Source: an uncultured Chloroflexia bacterium
Lineage (GTDB): Bacteria > Chloroflexota > Anaerolineae > CG2-30-64-16
Length of the DNA stretch: 64,000 nucleotides
Assembly (NCBI GenBank): GCA_963810095.1
Contig: CAWEMM010000006.1
Span: 1,248,001-1,312,000, forward strand
Reading direction: 5' to 3'
Shown: positions 24,944 through 34,493 of the stretch, in pieces
Layout: every line of letters starts with the position of its first letter
How positions within the stretch are numbered: the stretch's first letter is position 1
The notes under the pieces: generated by a model
The model's input: only the letters and a program-made list of their open reading frames with translations
What the model was told of the DNA's origin: nothing
Database searches by the model: none
Made by a program: the position numbers and the translations under genes

Positions 24944-25912
24944 ATGAGCATTTCCGTCACTGAAGGCGCCGGCAAGGTCGCTGTCGTCGCCGTCGGCGGC
25001 AACGCCCTGATCCTGGATAAGCAGCACGAGGATGTGGCGTCGCAGGTCGGTGCAGTCGAAGAGACAAGCAAGCACATTGCCAACATGGTCGAGCGCGGCT
25101 GGAACGTCATCGTGACGCACGGCAACGGCCCGCAGGTTGGCTTCATCCTCCGGCGCAACGAGCTGGCGGCGCACGAAGTGCACAGCACGCCGCTCGACGT
25201 CATCGGCGCAGACACCCAGGGCTCGATCGGGTACATGATCGCCCGCGCGCTGGACAACGAGTTCAGCCGCCGCGGCATCAAGCGCTCGGTCGCCGCCGTG
25301 GTCACCCAGGTGCTGGTCGACCGGGAGGACCCGGGCTTCAAGAACCCGACCAAGGGCATCGGCGGCTTCACGACGAAGGAAAACGCCGAACGGTTCGAGG
25401 CCGAGGGCTGGATGGTGAAGGAAGACGCCGGCCGCGGTTGGCGCCGCATGATCGCCTCGCCCATCCCGCTCGAGATCGTCGAGATCGACGCGATCAAGAC
25501 CCTCATCGCGAATAACTTCATCGTCGTGGGCGTGGGCGGCGGCGGGATCCCGGTCGTCAAGGACGAGCAGGGCAACCTCAAGGGCGTCTTCGCAGTCATC
25601 GACAAGGACCGGGCAAGCGCACTGCTGGCTGCCGAGATGAAGGTCGACGTGCTGCTCATCAGCACCGCGGTCGAGAAGGTCGCGATCAACTTCAACAAGC
25701 CCGATCAGAAGTGGCTGGACGTGATGACGCTGAGCGAGGCCAAGGATCTCTACAAGCAGGGCCACTTCCTCTCAGGCAGCATGGGGCCGAAGATCGAAGC
25801 GATCATCGCCTATCTCGACGCGAACCCGCACGGCAAGGGCCTGATCACCGACCCGCCGCACATCGTCGACGCGCTGGACGGCAAAACCGGCACGTGGATC
25901 GTACACGACTAA
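24944..25912 (+). CDS. arcC: Carbamate kinase
   Basis: AVGGNAL, THGNGPQVG, TQGSIGY, NPTKGIG, GGGGIPV, AVIDKD, GSMGPKIEA. Confidence 0.95.
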   Translation: MSISVTEGAGKVAVVAVGGNALILDKQHEDVASQVGAVEETSKHIANMVERGWNVIVTHGNGPQVGFILRRNELAAHEVHSTPLDVIGADTQGSIGYMIARALDNEFSRRGIKRSVAAVVTQVLVDREDPGFKNPTKGIGGFTTKENAERFEAEGWMVKEDAGRGWRRMIASPIPLEIVEIDAIKTLIANNFIVVGVGGGGIPVVKDEQGNLKGVFAVIDKDRASALLAAEMKVDVLLISTAVEKVAINFNKPDQKWLDVMTLSEAKDLYKQGHFLSGSMGPKIEAIIAYLDANPHGKGLITDPPHIVDALDGKTGTWIVHD

Positions 25913-25922
25913 GAACGAGGCC

Positions 25923-26009
25923 GCCACGAATTACACGAATTCGACGAATTGGACGAGGCGCTCACAAGCCATTATTCGTGAAATTCGCACAATTCGTGTA
26001 ATTCGTGGC
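25923..26009. repeat. Periodic palindrome with ACGAATT 9-nt units
   Basis: GCCACGAATTACACGAATTCGACGAATT...AATTCGCACAATTCGTGTAATTCGTGGC. Confidence 0.85.
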
Positions 26010-26011
26010 TA

Positions 26012-27266
26012 ATGGGGGTTTCTGTGGACCATGTAAAGTCGCTGAAGTGCCTGATCTGCGGGCGAGAGTACCGGGCGGACGAGGTCGAGTACGTGTGCCC
26101 CGAGCACGGGGACGACGGGATCCTGGACGTACAGTACGACTACGACCTGATCTGTACCCGCCTGTCTCCCGACTCGCTAGCGCAGGACCGGAACAATACG
26201 ATCTGGCGCTACAAGGCGCTCCTGCCCATCGAACCCGACAGCCCCGTCCCCCCGCTCACCGTGGGTTGGACGCCGCTTTACCGGGCCGACCGGCTCGCGG
26301 CCGGCCTCGGGCTCAAGCACGTCTGGGTCAAGGACGAGGGCCGCAACCCGAGCGCATCGTTCAAGGATCGCGCGCAGCGCGGTGGCCGTGGTTAAGGCCC
26401 AGGAGAAGGGTGCAGAGGTCATCACGACCTCGAGCACCGGCAACGCAGGCGCGGCCTTGAGCGCGCTGTGCGCCAGCGTCGGCCAGCCCAACGTCGTCTT
26501 CGTCCCCCAGACCGCCCCAGCCGCAAAGGTCGCACAGCTGCTGGTGTACGGCAGCACGGTCATGCTCGTCCGCGGCAGCTACGACGATGCGTTCGCCCTG
26601 TGCGCACAGGCCGCTAAAGAGTTCGGCTGGTACAACCGCAACACGGGCTACAACCCGTACATGAGCGAAGGCAAGAAGACCGCGTCGCTCGAAATCTGCG
26701 AGCAGCTGGGCTGGGACGCGCCGGACTGGATCGTGGTCTCGGTCGGCGACGGCTGCGTGATCGGCGGCGTGTATAAGGGGTTGTTTGACCTCTACAGCAT
26801 GGGCTGGATCAAGAAGATGCCGAAGATCCTCGGCGTGCAGGCTGCGGGCTCCGCGGCCCTGTATGATGCGTGGGTGAGTGGCATCGACGCGATGGCGATG
26901 CAGCCCATCGAAGCGACGACGGTCGCAGACAGCATCTCGGCCGATCTGCCGGCCGACCGGATCAAGGGCCTGCGCGCCGTCACGGCGACGAACGGCGCTT
27001 ACGTGAAGGTGACCGACGACGAGATCATCGCGGCCATCCCCACGCTGGCCCGTGGGAGCGGCGTCTTCGCCGAGCCCGCCGGCGCGGCCGCCTATGCCGG
27101 CCTGGTGCAGGGCATCAAGGAAGGGCGGATCGGGCCCGACGAGCGAGTCGTGATCCTCTCGACCGGCAATGGCCTGAAGGACATCGCCTCCGCCCGCAAG
27201 TCCGTGTCCGAGCCGTTCGTCGTGGACAAGGACCTGGCGGACGTGAAGCGGGCGCTGGGACGGTAA
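26012..27266 (+). CDS. Threonine-synthase-like fold-type II PLP enzyme with N-terminal Zn ribbon (frameshift near 26375)
   Basis: CLICG...CPEH, KDEGRNPSASFKDR, SSTGNAG, EGKKT, SVGDG, FAEPAGAAAYAG, TGNGLKD. Confidence 0.85.
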
Positions 27267-27272
27267 CCGGGT

Positions 27273-27800
27273 TTGGAACGCGAAGGGCTCGAAGCTGCCG
27301 GCGTCGTAGTTGTCCGGGCGATCGCGTGGGCGCTGGTGGCGGCCATCGTGATCTGGCTGCTCAGCCTGACGCTCCGCACCAGCAGCGAGATTAACCTGGG
27401 CCGCATCCGGGTCAGCGACCCGGTTCACGAGCTGAACCTGCAGCCGTTTCAGAACAAGGTGCAGCCGCTGCGCAATATGTTGCGCTCGACGAATCCCCGC
27501 CTGCAGCGGACGGCCCGCAACTATCTGTTCGTCGACGTGCTCGGCAACGTGGCCGTCTTCATCCCGCTCGGCGCAGCACTGGGGTGCGCGACGCTGATCG
27601 GCCGGCCCAGGCGCCGCTTCTGGCCCTGGTGGCTGAGCGTAACGGGCGCCGGGCTGTTGCTCAGCTTGTTCATCGAGATCGCCCAACTGGCGATCCCGTC
27701 TCGCGTGACCGACGTCGACGACGTCATCCTGAACACATTAGGAACGGCAGCAGGGGCGCTCCTTGCCTGGGGCCTGTTGCGGTCCATCGGTAAACGGTAA
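27273..27800 (+). CDS. VanZ-family membrane protein
   Basis: NLQPF, GNVAVFIPLG, SLFIEIAQ, RVTDVDDVILNTLG. Confidence 0.85.
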   Translation: MEREGLEAAGVVVVRAIAWALVAAIVIWLLSLTLRTSSEINLGRIRVSDPVHELNLQPFQNKVQPLRNMLRSTNPRLQRTARNYLFVDVLGNVAVFIPLGAALGCATLIGRPRRRFWPWWLSVTGAGLLLSLFIEIAQLAIPSRVTDVDDVILNTLGTAAGALLAWGLLRSIGKR

Positions 27801-27859
27801 CCACAAGACACCCGGATACGAAGGCTAACAAAGCCTTCGTGTCTTCGTGCCTTAGTGGT
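27800..27859. repeat. Periodic palindrome family A (degenerate)
   Basis: ACCACAAGACACCCGGATACGAAGGC...GCCTTCGTGTCTTCGTGCCTTAGTGGT, starting at the VanZ stop codon. Confidence 0.75.
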
Positions 27860-27884
27860 AAGCAAGAAAACTGAGGTGCAAGAC

Positions 27885-29344
27885 ATGATCGATCTGACCG
27901 TCCATCCCGATCGCCTCGAGCGCACGGTGAAGCGCGCTCGCGAGCGTAACATTGTCGTCCCGACCCTCAAGCAGATGCAGAACCCGGCGCTGATCCCCGA
28001 CAAGGTCAAGGCCGGCCTGAAGAATGTAGGCTTGTGGGACGTGAACCCGCTGAACCTGTTCCGCATCACCTGGCACAACGAGCCGGTGGCGAAGGGCGGC
28101 GGCTTCGGCGGCGTGAATTACATCGAACTGCCCAAGGCCATCACCGGCGTCGACGCCCGCATCATCGTGATGGTCGGCAAGTGGTTCCCGACCGGCGCGC
28201 ACAAGGTCGGCGCGGCGTTCGGCTGCCTCGTGCCCCGGCTCGTCACCGGCCAATTCGACCCCACGACCCAGAAGGCCGTGTGGCCGTCGACCGGCAACTA
28301 CTGCCGCGGCGGCGCGTACGACTCGGCGCTGCTGGGCTGCCAGTCCATCGCGATCCTGCCGGAAGGCATGAGCAAGGAACGCTTCGAGTGGCTGTCGAAG
28401 GTGGCAGGCGAGGTCATCGCCACGCCGGGCACCGAGAGCAACGTCAAGGAAATCTTTGACAAGTGCTGGGAGCTGCGCCGCTCGGGCCAGGACCTGATGA
28501 TCTTCAACCAGTTCGAAGAGTTCGGCAACGTGCTGTGGCACTACGCCGTCACCGGCGGGGCGTTCGAGGAAGTGCTCCAGAAGGAACTGCGCCCGGGCGA
28601 GCGGCTGGCAGGCTCGGTCTTCACGACCGGCTCGGCCGGCACGATCGACGCCGGCGACTAGCTCAAGGAGCTGTTCCCCGAGAGCAAGCTGGCGGCATCC
28701 GAGGCGCTGCAGTGCCCGACGCTGCTGAGCAACGGCTTCGGCGCGCACCGCATCGAGGGCATCGGCGACAAGCACGTGCCGTGGATCCACAACGTCCGGA
28801 ACACCGACATGGTCATGGCGGTCGACGACGAGGTGCCGGTGCAGATGATCCGCCTGTTCAACGAGCCCGAAGGCAAGAAGTACCTGGCCCAGATGGGCGT
28901 CGAGCAGGGCCTCATCGACCAGCTGCCTTGATTGGCATCTCGGGCGCCGCGAACATCGCGTCGGCGATCAAGATGGCGAAGTGGTACGAGTGGGGCGAGG
29001 GCGACGTGGTCGCCACCGTCCTTACGGACTCCATGGAGCTGTACGGCAGCCGGCTGACCGAGCTGACCGAGGAACGCGGCGAATACACGGCCCGCGACGC
29101 GGCAGTGAGCTACCACCAGTACATCCAGGGCCTGAGCACCGATTACACGGAAGAGCTTACCTACCCCGAGCGCAAGCGGGTGCACAACCTGAAGTACTAC
29201 ACCTGGGTCGAGCAGCAGGGGAAGACCTACGACGAGATCCAGCGCCAGTGGTATCAGAAGGACTACTGGACCTGCGTACACCAGCAGGCCGATGCGATCG
29301 ACGCGCTGATCGAAGAGTTCAACGCCAAGGTCGGGCTGCTGTAA
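27885..29344 (+). CDS. Uncharacterised fold-type II PLP-dependent enzyme (in-frame TAG at 28659-28661, frameshift near 28929)
   Basis: FPTGAHKVG, WPSTGNYCRGG, GSAGTI, then in frame after the TAG: LKELFPESKLAASEALQCPTLL..HRIEGIGDKHVPW; GISGAAN; HNLKYYTWVEQ. Confidence 0.8.
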
Positions 29345-29353
29345 AACTCGCTG

Positions 29354-29391
29354 GGTTATGCGGGCTCGGCCTCAGTCGAGCCCGCATAACC
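29354..29391. terminator. Hairpin between convergent genes
   Basis: GGTTATGCGGGCTCG-N8-CGAGCCCGCATAACC, perfect 15-bp stem. Confidence 0.65.
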
Positions 29392-29395
29392 TGTG

Positions 29396-29758
29396 CTATG
29401 GGGCAAGGGTAACGCGCACGAAATTCATAAACTGGCGGAAGCCCGTTACCAGATCCTCGGAGAAGGGTGCAGGCACGACTTGATCCTGGCTGCCCTGATG
29501 GAAATGCCGGGGATAAGTACTCACTTCCCGCCAGGCGGTGTTGGGGAAGTTGTCGTACCGATAGCTGCGGCCGTCGATATGCGAGCGCTCCCAGTGATAG
29601 CCAAACCGTCTATCGAGCTTTCTTGACAGCCAAAGATCTATGTAGCTCCCGTCGAACAGAAAAAGTCGAGCCTTCTCGCCGATGGGTTGGCTATCGATTA
29701 CCAGATCGACAAACTCGATCTCGGCGATCCGCCGAAGATCATCGACGGATAGGCTCAT
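29396..29758 (-). CDS. DUF6516/TumE-like putative toxin
   Basis: 120 aa with YHW...YRYDNFP...STYPRHFH pattern; ATGA overlap with the upstream small gene. Confidence 0.7.
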   Translation of the reverse strand: MSLSVDDLRRIAEIEFVDLVIDSQPIGEKARLFLFDGSYIDLWLSRKLDRRFGYHWERSHIDGRSYRYDNFPNTAWREVSTYPRHFHQGSQDQVVPAPFSEDLVTGFRQFMNFVRVTLAP

Positions 29759-30027
29759 AGACGGGCCAACAGATCCTGAAGCGAATCCTTCTCGTCTTCG
29801 AGGAAATCGAACCGGAAGTAGTCTTCGAAACCCTCAGGCTCATGGAAGCGGCCCGCTTGCACGGCCTGATCGAGTTCCTCGACGGTCTCAAGGCCGTAAC
29901 GTTGAGCAAGCACGAAAAGCTCGCTCTCGACCAAGCGAAGACGGCGTTCAAGGTACACGCGGAGACTCTCGCGCTCCAGTTGTGAGGGTGTGAGATTCAG
30001 ACGCACTGCCACTTCGTCTAACAACAT
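29755..30027 (-). CDS. Small acidic helical protein, putative (TumA-like) antitoxin
   Basis: 90 aa, RBS GGAGG, translationally coupled to the DUF6516-like gene. Confidence 0.6.
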   Translation of the reverse strand: MLLDEVAVRLNLTPSQLERESLRVYLERRLRLVESELFVLAQRYGLETVEELDQAVQAGRFHEPEGFEDYFRFDFLEDEKDSLQDLLARL

Positions 30028-30046
30028 GCGGCCTCCCTGGATCAGT

Positions 30047-30075
30047 ATTCTATTCTTAAGCCTGGCCTGCGTCAA
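30047..30075 (-). promoter_or_regulatory. Sigma70 promoter of the putative TA pair
   Basis: Minus strand TTGACG (30075-30070), 17 bp, TAGAAT (30052-30047). Confidence 0.65.
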
Positions 30076-30101
30076 TGGGTGACTGTGTCAAGGAGTGGGC
30101 A

Positions 30102-30938
30102 ATGTCGCACATCGAATTCACTCGGTCGGCCCCCGACGGGCAAAAACTGTTCTACCAGGGGTGGCTGCCCCAAGCCGAAGCGAAGGCCGTCGTCTGCCTG
30201 GTCCACGGGCTGGGCGAGCACGCCGGGCGCTACGCCCACGTCGCAGAAGCCCTGAACGCGGCGGGCTATGCCGTGCTCGGGTTTGACCAGCGCGGACATG
30301 GCAAGACGCCGGGCAAACAGGGCGTCACGCCGCCCTTTGACTGCTTGCTGGACGATGTCAGGATGCTGCTCGACGAGGCGGCCCGCCGTTTCTCCACTGC
30401 GAAGCAATTCCTGTACGGCCACAGCATGGGCGGCAACGTGGTCCTCAACTATGCCATTCGCCGCCAGCCCGTCGTCGCCGGCGTGATCGCGACCAGCCCC
30501 GGCCTCCGCACGGCGTTTAAGCCCCCTGCGGCCAAGATTACGGCGGGCAAGGTCCTGTACCGGGTGGCGCCCAACATGGTCATGGCGAACGGATTGGAAC
30601 TGGCCGCCCTCTCGCGCGATCCCGCTGTGATCGCGGCCTACAGTGCCGATCCGCTGGTCCATGACAAGATGTCGGCCCGCCTCGGGCTCGACATCTTGCA
30701 GCAGGGCGAGTGGGCCATCGCCCATGCCGCCGATTTCCCGCCCATCCCGCTTCTGCTCGTCCACGGCACGGGCGACCGCCTGACCTCCGCGCCAGCCACG
30801 GAGGAATTCGCCGGCAAAGTCAAGGGCGATGTGACGCTGAAACTTTGGCCCGGCTGCTACCACGAAACCCACAATGAACCTGAGAAGGCTCAGGTCATTC
30901 AATATATGATCGACTGGCTAAATAAAATGGGCCACTGA
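30102..30938 (+). CDS. Alpha/beta hydrolase, lysophospholipase/monoglyceride lipase family
   Basis: HGLGEHAGRY, DQRGHG, GHSMGG, HGTGD, HETHNEP. Confidence 0.92.
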   Translation: MSHIEFTRSAPDGQKLFYQGWLPQAEAKAVVCLVHGLGEHAGRYAHVAEALNAAGYAVLGFDQRGHGKTPGKQGVTPPFDCLLDDVRMLLDEAARRFSTAKQFLYGHSMGGNVVLNYAIRRQPVVAGVIATSPGLRTAFKPPAAKITAGKVLYRVAPNMVMANGLELAALSRDPAVIAAYSADPLVHDKMSARLGLDILQQGEWAIAHAADFPPIPLLLVHGTGDRLTSAPATEEFAGKVKGDVTLKLWPGCYHETHNEPEKAQVIQYMIDWLNKMGH

Positions 30939-31027
30939 TCGAACCGATTGAACTGATTTGCCTGGTAGTGCGGCTTTTGGCCGGTGAGATCAGGAATATC
31001 AGTCAGATCATTCCGATCAGCGTCCTA
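30927..31027. repeat. Periodic palindrome family B (CTGATnnAA 9-nt units)
   Basis: ATGGGCCACTGATCGAACCGATTGAACTGATT...ATCAGTCAGATCATTCCGATCAGCGTCCTA; overlaps the hydrolase stop codon. Confidence 0.7.
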
Positions 31028-31048
31028 TTCCGCAAGAAGGAGTAGAGC

Positions 31049-34000
31049 ATGTCAGATCTGTTACGCCCGCAGCCCTTCGGCGTTTTGCTCAGGCGCATCC
31101 TGAAGGAATATGAGACGACGGACTCGATCTTCGGGATTCACAAGCAGTTCTTCTACACACCCCAGCCTCATGCGCCGTACGCGGTAGACGACTTCTTCGG
31201 CGACGGAACCCGCACCGGCGGCAAGGGAACGCGGCTGGCGACCCCCATCGGCCCGTCGGCCGGTCCCCACACCCAGCTCAGCCAGAACATCGTGGCGGCC
31301 TGGCTGTGCGGCGGGCGCTTCATCGAGCTGAAAACCGTCCAGATCATGGACGAACTCGAAATTCCCCGGCCCTGCATCGACATGGAGGACGAGGGATACA
31401 ACGTCGAGTGGTCGCAGGAGCTGAAGCTCGAAGAGTCCGCGCAGGAGTACGTCAACGCGTGGGCCTTCCTGCACATCCTGCCGCGCGTGCTCGGTTGGAA
31501 GAACGGCGGCTCGCAGCCGCTTGGCGCGGACGGCACGATCTTCGATATGAGTGTCGGCTACAACCTGCAGGGCATCCTGAGCCCCCGCATGCAGGAGTTC
31601 ATGGGCAAGATGGACGACGCGGGGCCGCAGCTCTGGGAGATCAAGGAGACGCTGCGCCGCGACTTCCCGCAATTCGCCGACATCGAAATCCCCACCCGCA
31701 TGGTCACCAGCATGACGCTCTCCACCATGCACGGCTGCCCGCCCGACGAGATCGAGCGCATCGCGCGCTACATGCTCGAAGAGCGCAAGCTGCACACCAT
31801 TGTCAAGATGAACCCGACCCTGCTGGGCAAGGACGAGGTGCTCGACATCCTGCACAACCATCTCGGCTTCACCGGCATCCACATCCCCGACTCGGTGTTC
31901 GAGCACGACCTGGCGTATCCGAAGGCATTGGCGCTGATCCGGTCGCTGCAGCCGCTCGCGGCCGAGAACAAGCTGGCGTTCGGCGTGAAGCTGAGCAACA
32001 CCCTGGCGATGGCGAACCACAGGAAGGTCATGCCCGGCGACGAGATGTACATGTCGGGCCGGGCGCTGTACCCCGTCACGATGAACCTCTATAACAAGCT
32101 GGCGCACGAGTTCGACGGGGATCTGCGGGTCTCCTTCTCGGCCGGCGCGGATGCACTCAACGTCGCGACCATCCTCAAGTGCGGCGCGGCGCCTGTGACG
32201 GCCTGCTCCGACCTCCTGAAGCCGGGCGGGTACGCCCGCTTCGGCCAGTGGCTCACCAACCTGCAGGCCGAGATGGACGCAGCCGGCGCGGGCAGCCTGG
32301 CAGAGTTCTCCAGCAACAAGCTGATGAACCTGGAGGAAGCGGCGAACGCTTCGCTCGTCGAGCATCGCTACAAGAAAGAAGCCTTCCCTTACGGCCTGCC
32401 CAAGATCAAGGACGACCTCAGCTTCTTCGACTGTGTCCAGGCGCCCTGCATCGCCCACTGCGCCGTGTGCCAGGACGTGCCGGAATATGCGTGGGCCATC
32501 AGCCAGGGCAACTACGACCAGGCGCTCGAAGTGATCCTGGCCCGCAACCCGCTGCCCGCCGTCACCGGCTACGTCTGCAACCACCTGTGCCAGACGCGCT
32601 GCACGCGCAATGACTACGAAGAGACGATCGCCATCCGCGCGCTCAAGCGCTTTGCCGAGGAACACGGCAAGGTGGCGCCCCTCGTGGCCAAGGCGGCCGT
32701 GGGCAAGAAGGTGGCCGTCGTCGGCTCCGGGCCATCGGGTTTCTCGGCCGCGTTCTACCTCGCCCTCAACGGTCTCGACGTACACATGTACGAGGCGAAG
32801 GACGTCATCGGCGGCATGATGCGGCTGGTGCCGGTCTTCCGCCTGCCGTGGGAGATCATCCAACGAGACGTGGACCGCATCCTCGACCTGGGCGTGACGC
32901 TCGAGCTGGAGCACCTGGTGGATGTGGCGCCCGAGGCGCTGCTGGATGAGGGGACGGCCGGCGGGCCGTTCGACGCGGTGTACGTTGCCGCGGGCTTCCA
33001 GAAAGATACGCCGCTGAATATCCCGGGCGTCAAAGAAGCCAAGAAGGGCGTTTACGCCGCGCTGACCCTGCTCGACCGGGTGCGTCGCGGCGAGAAGCCC
33101 GACATCGGCAAGAAGGCCCTCGTCATCGGCGGCGGCGACACCGCCATGGACGCGGTCCGCACCTCGCACCGCCTCACCGGCAACCCGACGACCATCGTCT
33201 ACCGCCGCACCCGCGCCGAGATGCCGGCCAGCCCCGAGGAAATCGAAGGGGCGCTGGAAGAGGGCAACATCCTGGAAGAACTGGTCACGCCGGTGCGCGT
33301 CGTCCTTGGCTCGGCAGACGAAGTGACCGGGCTGGCCTGCGTGCGCAACAGACTGGGCGAGCCGGGGCCAGACGGCCGGCGCAAGCCCGTCGTGATTCCG
33401 GGCAGCGACTTCGTCATCCCCTGCGACTCGATCATGGTCGCGGTCGGCCAGATCCCCGAGCTCTCGTTCCTCGACGGCAGCGTCGTGACGCTGTGCAGCG
33501 ACGGCGGCATTGCCATCGAGGCCGGCACGGGTCGCACCGAAGCCCCCAACGTCTATGCGGGCGGCGACGTGGCGGAAGCGGGGCCCGAAAGCATCATCGC
33601 GGCCTGCGCCGACGGCCGCCGGGCTGCAGAAGCAATTTGCGCCCAGTTTGGCCTGCCGTTCTCCCAGCCGCCGGCCGCCATGCCCGAATTGTCCGAAACG
33701 GACATCCTGGCGAACAAGCAAATGCGCGTACAGAAGATTGCTCAGCAGAAGCCGCCCGCGCTGCCCATCGAGCTGCGCGAGAGCTTCGACCTGATCGAGC
33801 TGACCTTCACCGAGGAACAGGCCCAGGCCGAAGGCGCGCGCTGCCTCCAGTGCACCACCTACTGCGACAAGTGCGTCGAGGTCTGTCCCAATCGCGCCAA
33901 CATGACCTTCATGATGACGCCCGTCCACGCGATGATCCCCGTCCTCGAAGCCAAAGGCGGAAGCCTGGTCGTGGCAGGGCTCGAACCGTTCAACGTCGAC

Positions 34001-34483
34001 CAGAGCCGGCAGATCGTCAACATCAACGACTTCTGCAACGCGTGCGGCGACTGCACCACGTTCTGCATGCACAGCGGCCGCCCGTGGTATGACAAGCCTC
34101 GCCTCTTCCTAAATGAGGCCGACTTCCTGAACGTCGACCACAACGGCTACCGGATTGAGGGGAACACCATCCGGCACCGGGAAAATGGGACCGAGTCGCG
34201 GCTCACCCGCTCGAACGGCCACCTGGTCTACGACAACGACCAGGTGCGGGTCATCCTGGGCAAGGACTACTCGGTCCAGGGCATGGAGCTCAAGCAGCCC
34301 TTCGATTGGCCCGAAGGGCACAGACTGTCGCTCCGCGAGGCCGCTGCAATGGACGTCGTGCTCGAAGGCATCAGCGAAAGCCTGCCGCATTTGGTGATCG
34401 GGAATAGGTGCGTAGGGGCGAGGCATTTTGTTCGGCCGGCCAGGTCGGCCGAACAAAATGCCTCGCCCCTACGCGGGACATAA
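31049..34483 (+). CDS. ygfK: YgfK-family Fe-S flavoprotein oxidoreductase
   Basis: GPSAGPHTQL, FIELKTVQ, PRPCIDMEDEGYNVEWS, STMHGCPPDEIE, KLSNT, MYMSGRAL, GSGPSG, IGGGDTAMD, CLQCTTYCDKCVEVCPNRAN, CNACGDC; the last ~25 codons run through a REP so the true stop may be TAG 34405-34407. Confidence 0.92.
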   Translation: MSDLLRPQPFGVLLRRILKEYETTDSIFGIHKQFFYTPQPHAPYAVDDFFGDGTRTGGKGTRLATPIGPSAGPHTQLSQNIVAAWLCGGRFIELKTVQIMDELEIPRPCIDMEDEGYNVEWSQELKLEESAQEYVNAWAFLHILPRVLGWKNGGSQPLGADGTIFDMSVGYNLQGILSPRMQEFMGKMDDAGPQLWEIKETLRRDFPQFADIEIPTRMVTSMTLSTMHGCPPDEIERIARYMLEERKLHTIVKMNPTLLGKDEVLDILHNHLGFTGIHIPDSVFEHDLAYPKALALIRSLQPLAAENKLAFGVKLSNTLAMANHRKVMPGDEMYMSGRALYPVTMNLYNKLAHEFDGDLRVSFSAGADALNVATILKCGAAPVTACSDLLKPGGYARFGQWLTNLQAEMDAAGAGSLAEFSSNKLMNLEEAANASLVEHRYKKEAFPYGLPKIKDDLSFFDCVQAPCIAHCAVCQDVPEYAWAISQGNYDQALEVILARNPLPAVTGYVCNHLCQTRCTRNDYEETIAIRALKRFAEEHGKVAPLVAKAAVGKKVAVVGSGPSGFSAAFYLALNGLDVHMYEAKDVIGGMMRLVPVFRLPWEIIQRDVDRILDLGVTLELEHLVDVAPEALLDEGTAGGPFDAVYVAAGFQKDTPLNIPGVKEAKKGVYAALTLLDRVRRGEKPDIGKKALVIGGGDTAMDAVRTSHRLTGNPTTIVYRRTRAEMPASPEEIEGALEEGNILEELVTPVRVVLGSADEVTGLACVRNRLGEPGPDGRRKPVVIPGSDFVIPCDSIMVAVGQIPELSFLDGSVVTLCSDGGIAIEAGTGRTEAPNVYAGGDVAEAGPESIIAACADGRRAAEAICAQFGLPFSQPPAAMPELSETDILANKQMRVQKIAQQKPPALPIELRESFDLIELTFTEEQAQAEGARCLQCTTYCDKCVEVCPNRANMTFMMTPVHAMIPVLEAKGGSLVVAGLEPFNVDQSRQIVNINDFCNACGDCTTFCMHSGRPWYDKPRLFLNEADFLNVDHNGYRIEGNTIRHRENGTESRLTRSNGHLVYDNDQVRVILGKDYSVQGMELKQPFDWPEGHRLSLREAAAMDVVLEGISESLPHLVIGNRCVGARHFVRPARSAEQNASPLRGT
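34410..34474. repeat. GTAG-type REP-like palindrome
   Basis: GCGTAGGGGCGAGGCATTTTGTTCGGCCG-N7-CGGCCGAACAAAATGCCTCGCCCCTACGC, perfect 29-bp stem. Confidence 0.85.
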
Positions 34484-34493
34484 GGAGAGACGC

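Noticed and set aside
31061-34072. 1003-aa antisense ORF and other long shadow ORFs (e.g. 23902-25698, 61241-62965)
   Set aside because: Expected opposite high-GC genes; no recognisable motifs.
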